In this document: one piece after another, positions 56,991 through 64,000 of the stretch | Layout: the number at the start of each line of letters is the position of its first letter | Position numbering within the stretch: position 1 is the stretch's first letter | From: Myxococcota bacterium | GTDB taxonomy: Bacteria; Myxococcota_A; SURF-8 | NCBI GenBank assembly: GCA_965140415.1 | Contig: OZ223209.1 | Span: forward strand, 2,400,001-2,464,000 | Reading direction: 5' to 3' | DNA length: 64,000 nt | Made by a program: the position numbers and the translations under genes | Notes under the pieces: model-generated | Seen by the model: the letters and a program-made list of their open reading frames with translations, nothing else | What the model was told of the DNA's origin: nothing | The model's database searches: none

Positions 56991-58175
56991 ATGATTAAAC
57001 CGCTCGGATCCGAAACTCTGAATCCCTTGTTTGTGATGGACGATGTCAAGCGCAAGGAACTGCTCAAAGAGGCGGCAGGTTTGCCTTCTATCGTCGTTAG
57101 CTCCGCCGCAGCCGGAAACGCCGTCATGCTGGGTAGTGGCTACTTCAACCCGCTGACCGGTTACATGAACAAAGCGGATGCCATTGCGGTCGCGAAAACC
57201 ATGCATATGGCCAATGGCCAGTTCTGGCCGACCCCTGTGTTGAACATGGTCGAAGATGCTTCCGCCATTAAAGACGCCAAGCGCATTGCGCTGCTCGATC
57301 CCAACGTCGAAGGCAACCCCGTGCTGGCCATCATGGACGTGGAAGCCATCGAAGAATACACCGATGAAGAAATGAAGGAAATGACCCTTCAGGTGTACCG
57401 CACCGAAGATCCGGCTCACCCGGGCGTGGCCGCGTTCAATGGCTCTGGCAAAGTTGGCATCAGTGGTTCCATCCAGGTGCTGAACTTCTCTTACTTCGTT
57501 AAAGAATTCGCCGACACCTTCCGTACCGCCTGGCAGATTCGCGACGAAATCAACGTGCGTGGTTGGGAAACCGTGTGTGCTTTCCAGACCCGTAACCCGA
57601 TGCACCGCGCCCATGAAGGCCTGACCAAGATGGCCATGGAAGCCGTCAACGCCGATGGCGCCGTCATCCATATGCTGCTTGGCAAATTGAAGAAGGGCGA
57701 CATTCCCGCCGACGTGCGTGACGCCGCCATCCGTAAAATGGTCGAACTGTACTTCCCGCCGAACAGCTGCATGGTCACCGGTTACGGTTTCGATATGCTG
57801 TATGCCGGTCCGCGTGAAGCCGTTCTGCACGCCGTGTTCCGTCAGAACATGGGTTGCACCCACTTGATCGTCGGTCGTGACCACGCCGGTGTGGGCGACT
57901 ACTATGGTGCGTTCGATGCGCAGACCATTTTCGACGACATCAGCAAAGACGATCTGCAGATCGAGATCTTCCGTGGCGACCACACCGCTTACAGCAAAAA
58001 GCTGGGCAAAGTCATCATGATGGGTTCGGTCAGCGATCACACCAAGGAAGACTGGGTCTTCTTGTCCGGCACCAAGGTGCGTGAGATGTTGGCTGCTGGC
58101 CAGGCTCTGCCGGTCGAATTCGCGCGTCCGGAAGTCGCTGAGATCCTGATGAAGCATTATCAGAGCGAAGCGTAG
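56991..58175 (+). CDS. sat: Sulfate adenylyltransferase (ATP sulfurylase, Sat type)
   Basis: AFQTRNPMHRAHE, MLYAGPREAVLHA, GRDHAGVGDYY, LSGTKVREML. Confidence 0.96.
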   Translation: MIKPLGSETLNPLFVMDDVKRKELLKEAAGLPSIVVSSAAAGNAVMLGSGYFNPLTGYMNKADAIAVAKTMHMANGQFWPTPVLNMVEDASAIKDAKRIALLDPNVEGNPVLAIMDVEAIEEYTDEEMKEMTLQVYRTEDPAHPGVAAFNGSGKVGISGSIQVLNFSYFVKEFADTFRTAWQIRDEINVRGWETVCAFQTRNPMHRAHEGLTKMAMEAVNADGAVIHMLLGKLKKGDIPADVRDAAIRKMVELYFPPNSCMVTGYGFDMLYAGPREAVLHAVFRQNMGCTHLIVGRDHAGVGDYYGAFDAQTIFDDISKDDLQIEIFRGDHTAYSKKLGKVIMMGSVSDHTKEDWVFLSGTKVREMLAAGQALPVEFARPEVAEILMKHYQSEA

Positions 58176-58241
58176 TCTGTAAGGACTTCGGTTTTCTCTG
58201 AGCTTTAGCTTCCTCAAAGTAGGGGGCTGAAAAGCAAGAAC

Positions 58242-58269
58242 AAACCCCGTCGTTTTCGGCGGGGTTTTT
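58242..58269 (+). terminator. Intrinsic terminator, possibly bidirectional
   Basis: AAACCCCGTCG-tttt-CGGCGGGGTTTTT. Confidence 0.75.
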
Positions 58270-58303
58270 CTATGGGATCTTCTATTTGTATTCTAATGAA
58301 ATG

Positions 58304-59107
58304 TTACTGCGTTTCCGCATCCATGATGAAAGTGGCTATTGCATCCGCGGTTTGGTTCGGATGATCGATAAACGGCCAATGTCCACTGTCAGCGATGTGC
58401 TGTGTTGGGATGTTTGCCTTTGCAAGTAGTTCCAGGCTACGCAGGCTCGCGCCGCCTGGATAACCTGCAATATACAGCTTGGGAATCGTGAGAGCGGCCA
58501 AGCGTCTGGCCAGTGTTTCCTGTTTTGAAAATTCCACCAATTCAATTGAATGCCGGTAAAAGGTTGCTGGGTCGCAGCGCAATAGGCTGGTGTAATAGCC
58601 TTGGCTGGCGGCATCGTTTTGACCAACCTGCTGAACGTCTTGTAGAAGTGTGGCAAATACTTGTTTCGCTTCCGCTTTGTCTGCTGCGGACGTCATGTGA
58701 CCGCTATACGCGCAATCGTCCAGTGATTTGTTTCCATCGATATCGATGAGACTACAGATCAATTCCGGATAGCGTTCCGCGAGCAGCAGTGCGAAAACTC
58801 CTCCCAGGGAATGTCCCACTACATGCAATGGTCGTTTTTGTGTCGCCTGTATCCAACGGGCGAGATGATCGACCGTCTCAACGATGGAAAAAGGGGAGTC
58901 AGGTTCAAGACTTAAGCCGTAACCATGCAGATCGGGTACGATATGGGGCCAACGATTCAGATGTGGATGTCCTACGAAAGATTCAAAGCATAAACCGGAT
59001 TCTCCGAGACCGTGAATCCAAAGTACTTCGGTAGAAGAACATTGGCTATTGAACCGGCGAACATGCATCCCATATTCTTGCGAATGAGTGGGGAATTCGG
59101 AATTCAT
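58304..59107 (-). CDS. Alpha/beta hydrolase
   Basis: IHGLG, PDLHGYGLS, GHSLGG, SGHWPF; start uncertain (59107 or 59068). Confidence 0.85.
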   Translation of the reverse strand: MNSEFPTHSQEYGMHVRRFNSQCSSTEVLWIHGLGESGLCFESFVGHPHLNRWPHIVPDLHGYGLSLEPDSPFSIVETVDHLARWIQATQKRPLHVVGHSLGGVFALLLAERYPELICSLIDIDGNKSLDDCAYSGHMTSAADKAEAKQVFATLLQDVQQVGQNDAASQGYYTSLLRCDPATFYRHSIELVEFSKQETLARRLAALTIPKLYIAGYPGGASLRSLELLAKANIPTQHIADSGHWPFIDHPNQTADAIATFIMDAETQ

Positions 59108-59156
59108 GGGAGAAACTCCAGAGATATCATCGGCGATCAGGGTGGATTTCGTGTAA

Positions 59157-59194
59157 ACCGGGAGCACCCCGAGTTGAACTCGGGTGCTCCCGGT
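59157..59194 (-). terminator. Long hairpin after the FG-GAP gene
   Basis: ACCGGGAGCACCC(C)GAGTT-g-AACTCGGGTGCTCCCGGT, near-perfect inverted repeat. Confidence 0.7.
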
Positions 59195-59207
59195 GAGTCA
59201 GGTTCGG

Positions 59208-62200
59208 TTATTTTCCGAGGATGGGATCGGAGAAGCGCAAGTACAGGTAATACTCACCTTGGCTGACATTTCCTGAACTGGTGACGCCATCCACGACGAT
59301 GCAGTAGGTGCCCAAGCCAAGCGCCTGGTCGATGATGCGAGGGTTTTGACCCCAGCCACCGACTCCACCGCCATCGTCATTACATGCAATCGTAGTGTAG
59401 GACGAAGCACTACAGGCTCCACTGCGTAACTCCACCGCCGAATCGAAACTTCCAACGACACTGAGACGTTCCAGTGTGACATTGTCACGAATGGAAATTT
59501 GATAGTAGCGATCTGGAGAACCGCTGGTGGTAGCGCAGCTCAAGTCTTCGTTGTCGGCATAGCCAAGGGTGGAACCGCGAACCACGCGGCCCGTCCAACT
59601 GGCACCCCGGCTGTCGTTGAGCCGTTCCGGTACATCGCTGCGACCACCGATGCCAGGTCCGACAAGACGGCCAAGCGTATGAATCGAAATGGATTTTACT
59701 TCGGCAGCCTCGGAAGTGTCGTTGGTGATCGTGACGGTCCAATCTCCGGTCGGTTGAACCGTAAGCAACGTGGACAAATCACTGACTGTTGCATGCGGCG
59801 GATAGTTGGCGATCAGTCGCCAGGCTGTTGGACTGGCGGAGGGCCAAGCTTCCAATTCCCCAACATCATGCGTGGCAAGGGTGACGAAATAGCCGTTGGG
59901 AGCGGTTAAGGTGGTTGTCAACGAACCGCTGGATGGTTCTTCTGCAAATTCTACGTATAGTTCAATGGCGATTTCTTCAAGATCCTGCGTTGCCTGATGC
60001 ACGTTGAAAGAAGCGCTTTCGGATGGTCCCGCCGGGATCTCCACAGAAACTAAATCCAACTCGGTCATGCGAAGTTCCTGATTGATCGGTTCCGGGTTGA
60101 AGGCGGGGGTTAAGGATCGAAGTGCGCTACTGCCATTATTGGCGATGATAAGATCGGTACCGCCGTCTCCATTCAAATCACCGGCTGCAACGCCTTTGGG
60201 ATAGTTGTCAGCAGAATACAGAACCGGTTCCGAAAGTGTGCCGTCGCCATTACCAAGCAAGACTGCTGCGTAGTTGTTTTCAAAGCTACAGGTCGCGATA
60301 TCGTACATGCCATTGCCATCAAAGTCCGAAACGACCAAATCAAAGGTGTCGCCTATGGCTGGGAAGGTTGTGGAGGAATCGAATCCACCTGCTCCGTCGC
60401 CAATAAACAACTCGACCGTGGTTCCGGCGTTGTAGTTGGATGTGATGATGTCGTCCAAGCCATCGCGGTTAAAGTCTGCCACTTGCAATCCATAGTTTCC
60501 GTTGGTTTCAGTGCTGAAGGTTGTTGGCGTTCCGAAGGTACCGGTTGGCTTGCCGCTACCGTCGATTGTTCCAAGTAAAACGCTGAACTTGTACATCCAG
60601 TGACCGACGATAAGATCTACGGCACCATCGTTATTGACATCTGCCGCAGCGATGCTTGTTGGCTCGTCATCTACCGAATACTGGACCTTGGTCCCAAACA
60701 CGCCCGATCCGTTGTTGATATACACGTTGACCATATCGCTATCCTTCGCGACTGCTGCAATATCGGGATCGTCATCGTTGTCGAAGTCCGCCGAGATGAT
60801 GGAGTAGGGGCTTGAATCGGTGGCATAGGTTGTTAAAGCCCCAAGCGCGCCTGCACCATCGCCCATGCGTATGCCGATGGTCCGTGGATGGTAGATGTAT
60901 TCGCAGGAGTTGGTGGCGGCGACATCTCCGTAACCATCTCCATTGAAGTCCATGATGGCCAGATCGGAGGGGTAGCTGATATTGCTGGTTGTATGGGTGT
61001 TGTACATGACAGCCGCTTGAGTGGAACCGTCTCCGTTGCCTAGCAGCAAGGAAAGATAAAAACTCGAATCTTGTGGAACCAGTACGTCAAGGGCACCGTC
61101 CCGGTTTAAATCGGCCAACTGCGGACGTGTATTGGAAGTTCCCGATCCGTGAGTCCGGGTGACGGTCCAGGCGGTTCCCGGAATGTTGATCAGGGTACGA
61201 ATTTGATCTCCACCGTTATAAACCATGGCAAGGTCGATGTTGTAATCGGAACTGAAATTTCCTGTGATAAGGAAACGGGGAGTCAAACCGAAATTTCGTT
61301 CGGCACCGGTGAAACTAGCCGTGCCGTCATTGAAAAGGAAAGTTGCATAAGTCGAACCGTTAAATCCAGCAACAAGATCAACATGGCCATTGCCGTTCAA
61401 GTCCGCAGCGCTGATGGAGGTGACGTCATTGTTTTTGACATCGATGTCGATTGCAGGCTGCATCGTACCATCGCCATTACCGAGCAGGACGTTGACATGG
61501 TCGTCACTGACCCAGGCACCGTTTGCCACTGCGATGTCCAGGACTCCGTCGTGGTTGAAGTCGGCTATCGCAAGGTCGATCGGACCCGCCGAGGTCGCCG
61601 TTACCAACCCGGTTTCGAATGTACCATCGCCTTTATTAAGGAATACGGTTACCCGCGAAGAAGATGCACTGGCGGAAACGATGTCCAGGATGCCGTCGCC
61701 ATTCATATCGGCCAGCTCTGCATCGATCGGACTAGGAGCATACAACGATACTGGTGACTGCGAGAAAGGATCGCTGCCACCGGTATTGAAGTACATCGAC
61801 AATCGATTGCTTTGGCGTTCGGATAACACGATATCGGGGAAGCTGTCTCCATTCAAATCCCCAGCTTCGATATCTTCTGCACTGTTAAGGCCGGAAAGGA
61901 CGTCCGGTTCGTCGAAGGTGCCGTCACTGTTGCCGTAAAGCAGGCTGACAGTGTCCGAGTTCCACTGGTGACCGACTGCAATGTCCGGATAGTTGTCGCG
62001 GTTAAAATCGGCTACAGTCGCGCGTGCCGGATTGCTGCCCAGGTTGTGGCTGTCCAGTTCCATATAACTGGAACTTACCGTGTCATAGTAAAGTGCGGTC
62101 AGGCTGTTGTCGTTATAATTCAATACAACCAGATTTTCCGCGTACGGAGGCAGGTTGGCATTTGATTTGTACGCATGGATGAAGTTAGGACCATCACCAA

Positions 62201-63998
62201 CCGATACGGCTGGTTGAAGGGAGAATGCACCGCTTGGGGGACGGTGCAGTGGTGCATTGAATTCCACCGTATGGGTGCCGGGGCGTGCTCCCAATGCCAA
62301 AGTCCACAGGTTTGTACCCAGCGGGATGCCGGAACCATATTCAAGCGAATTCAGACGATACAGCAATTCACCGTCACCATTATAGCCCGCAAGTGTTTGG
62401 TCGTGGTAGGGACTGGAAAGGAAAAACGCGGCAGACGATTCCAGAGTGTTGACCGTTACCGTGAGGTTGTCCAGTGCATCATAGCGCTCTTCGAAGTAGT
62501 CCGATTCGTAGGTAATGTAATCGGTGTTACGTTGGGTCGATGACGTCAAGGCATCCAAGCTGCGAGCCGCGTAGTTGACTCCAAAGCCCATGGTGGCCTG
62601 GCCACCACCCGGGTTGGGATTGGAAGCCGTAAGTGTGTATGCATCATCCTGGGGCTGGAGGTCCATATCGAAAACCTGCGCTAGGGCGATCTGTCGGTAG
62701 GGATCCCAGGAGGGCGGATCGGGATCGTCGATAACGGAGCGAACCAGTGCATTGGTGCCTTGGATCGAGAAGTCGATGTTATTCATGAATTTACGACCCC
62801 AGATCATCAGATCGAAGCTCTGACTGCTATCGCTTTCCATAACATAACGTATGTTATGCAAGGGTAGCGAACACTGATCGACAATACCTTCCAGGCAGGC
62901 TGTGCTGGCGCTTTCCATAACCGTGAAATCAAAAAGCTCCGGTTTTGGCGCAACGACATTCAAAAATGCGCTATTTACGCTGACACCGGTTCCGGTTACC
63001 GGGCTGGGAGTGACGATACGGGTCAAGTAGCTTCCCGCGTTCTGGACCAAGGCCCAGGCAGGAGAGGAGGGAATCAGTGTGGTGGCGCAACAGTTGTAAC
63101 AATCGGTATCGCTGGGATCGCAACTGTCACCCGCGAGATTGGCATCTGTGCAGGTGACACCGAGCGCCGAACCATCCAATCCGGTGCAGGTCGCCGTCAA
63201 TTCGAAATCGCCAACGCGGATGGCGGTGTCTGTTGCGAATTGGCTTCCTATGACGGTAATCGTGTAGTTGGAAGCACTGAATGCGATCAAGGATTGCGGA
63301 TAAAGTCGGCTCAGAACCGGAACCGGGCGAACCGGTTGAGGCGCGACCAGTTGCAGGGCGAACTCACCGTTGGTTGTACTGCCATTCATGGCTTGATCGA
63401 AGAAACGATAATAGAGTGTCTTCATGCCTAATGAGGTACTGACGGAGAAAACTTTAGACGGCGTAATGGCGGCGCAGGAATCGCCTGTGATCTGACAGCT
63501 ATCCAGATCGGATTCCGTTTCGCTGATTTCAAAGTAAACCGCATCGGAATCCGCCGGGAAGATTTCCACAACGATACTGGCGTCTTCAATCTGAAGTGGC
63601 AGACCGCCATCATCGCTTTCGCCATTTACCTGGATCGTACCCAATTGGGGTGGGCGGGTATCCGCTTCGATCACGCTGAAGAAGGTGTTCGACGTGTTCC
63701 CTGCTTCGTCGATGAATACGGCTGTAACCGTGTTCAATCCGTTGGCGTCGGCAAGTGTCACGTTAAACGGGAAGTCGTCGTAGTCGTGCAGACCGCCGCC
63801 TGCACTCAAGTCGCCACCAAGGCGAACCTGATAACTTGAATCACCGCCCACTACACCAGCAGGTACAATGGCGCTGTTGACCAGATCGTCTCCACCAGCC
63901 AGAAGCAGAGTGCCTGCTACCGGTGGCGTGGTGTCCAGGTATACCGTGTCGTAGTCACTGCTGATGTTGCCTGCACGATCCTTGAAACAGGCGTAGAC
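59208..63998 (-). CDS. Very large extracellular FG-GAP/VCBS repeat protein (Ig-like repeats, two beta-propellers, P-domain-like and PPC-like domains); starts beyond the right edge
   Basis: Frame stays open upstream of 63851 to the window edge (VYACFKDRAGNISS...LDTTPP); 13 D[FLM]N.DG..D[IL] repeats; LTAPNG...GDWTVTI; C-terminal ACNDD...GTYCIVVDG. Confidence 0.88.
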   Translation of the reverse strand, partial: VYACFKDRAGNISSDYDTVYLDTTPPVAGTLLLAGGDDLVNSAIVPAGVVGGDSSYQVRLGGDLSAGGGLHDYDDFPFNVTLADANGLNTVTAVFIDEAGNTSNTFFSVIEADTRPPQLGTIQVNGESDDGGLPLQIEDASIVVEIFPADSDAVYFEISETESDLDSCQITGDSCAAITPSKVFSVSTSLGMKTLYYRFFDQAMNGSTTNGEFALQLVAPQPVRPVPVLSRLYPQSLIAFSASNYTITVIGSQFATDTAIRVGDFELTATCTGLDGSALGVTCTDANLAGDSCDPSDTDCYNCCATTLIPSSPAWALVQNAGSYLTRIVTPSPVTGTGVSVNSAFLNVVAPKPELFDFTVMESASTACLEGIVDQCSLPLHNIRYVMESDSSQSFDLMIWGRKFMNNIDFSIQGTNALVRSVIDDPDPPSWDPYRQIALAQVFDMDLQPQDDAYTLTASNPNPGGGQATMGFGVNYAARSLDALTSSTQRNTDYITYESDYFEERYDALDNLTVTVNTLESSAAFFLSSPYHDQTLAGYNGDGELLYRLNSLEYGSGIPLGTNLWTLALGARPGTHTVEFNAPLHRPPSGAFSLQPAVSVGDGPNFIHAYKSNANLPPYAENLVVLNYNDNSLTALYYDTVSSSYMELDSHNLGSNPARATVADFNRDNYPDIAVGHQWNSDTVSLLYGNSDGTFDEPDVLSGLNSAEDIEAGDLNGDSFPDIVLSERQSNRLSMYFNTGGSDPFSQSPVSLYAPSPIDAELADMNGDGILDIVSASASSSRVTVFLNKGDGTFETGLVTATSAGPIDLAIADFNHDGVLDIAVANGAWVSDDHVNVLLGNGDGTMQPAIDIDVKNNDVTSISAADLNGNGHVDLVAGFNGSTYATFLFNDGTASFTGAERNFGLTPRFLITGNFSSDYNIDLAMVYNGGDQIRTLINIPGTAWTVTRTHGSGTSNTRPQLADLNRDGALDVLVPQDSSFYLSLLLGNGDGSTQAAVMYNTHTTSNISYPSDLAIMDFNGDGYGDVAATNSCEYIYHPRTIGIRMGDGAGALGALTTYATDSSPYSIISADFDNDDDPDIAAVAKDSDMVNVYINNGSGVFGTKVQYSVDDEPTSIAAADVNNDGAVDLIVGHWMYKFSVLLGTIDGSGKPTGTFGTPTTFSTETNGNYGLQVADFNRDGLDDIITSNYNAGTTVELFIGDGAGGFDSSTTFPAIGDTFDLVVSDFDGNGMYDIATCSFENNYAAVLLGNGDGTLSEPVLYSADNYPKGVAAGDLNGDGGTDLIIANNGSSALRSLTPAFNPEPINQELRMTELDLVSVEIPAGPSESASFNVHQATQDLEEIAIELYVEFAEEPSSGSLTTTLTAPNGYFVTLATHDVGELEAWPSASPTAWRLIANYPPHATVSDLSTLLTVQPTGDWTVTITNDTSEAAEVKSISIHTLGRLVGPGIGGRSDVPERLNDSRGASWTGRVVRGSTLGYADNEDLSCATTSGSPDRYYQISIRDNVTLERLSVVGSFDSAVELRSGACSASSYTTIACNDDGGGVGGWGQNPRIIDQALGLGTYCIVVDGVTSSGNVSQGEYYLYLRFSDPILGK

Positions 63999-64000
63999 GC

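Noticed and set aside
56889-58217. 442-aa ORF antisense to sat
   Set aside because: Same shadow effect; the sense strand has unambiguous Sat motifs
1-64000. tRNA, rRNA, CRISPR array, prophage or defence system
   Set aside because: No cloverleaf-like segments, regularly spaced repeats, or phage/defence motifs seen by eye; a covariance-model scan was not possible

Overview
This 64-kb window is gene-dense bacterial chromosome. Gene content suggests an anaerobic or facultative deltaproteobacterium-like or Myxococcota-like organism (inference). In order it holds: a 3'-truncated TMEM43-like gene; a TetR-MFP-RND-START cluster; an SDR; glyA; fadD; a TetR-controlled operon (1411-aa PlsA/Ger-type activase-reductase, alpha/beta hydrolase, DHCR24/TmsA-like FAD oxidoreductase); a complete his operon with two fusions (HisC-HAD, HisA-I-E) and an unannotated, apparently leaderless His4 attenuator peptide; an NmrA-like gene; tex; a putative sigma54 unit (IS5-interrupted receiver-like gene, Cys-rich double-PAS chemoreceptor, tandem YkgJ protein); an ackA / structured ~550-nt spacer / xsc / divergent serC-like locus; SCP2-like, Fe-ADH and nitroreductase genes; two metalloprotease lipoproteins; an orphan CDP-C-methyl-deoxysugar operon; Nudix; PAS-GGDEF; a Gld-like ABC system; sat; a hydrolase; and a 5'-truncated giant FG-GAP protein. 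The best candidates for undescribed biology are (1) xsc paired with a SerC paralogue that has lost a phosphate-binding Arg, a possible new sulfonate aminotransferase, (2) the PlsA/Ger + FAD-reductase operon as a possible ether-lipid pathway, and (3) the leaderless His attenuator on a his operon resembling fungal His4. No tRNA, rRNA or CRISPR array was seen. All family calls come from motif recognition by eye; no searches were run.
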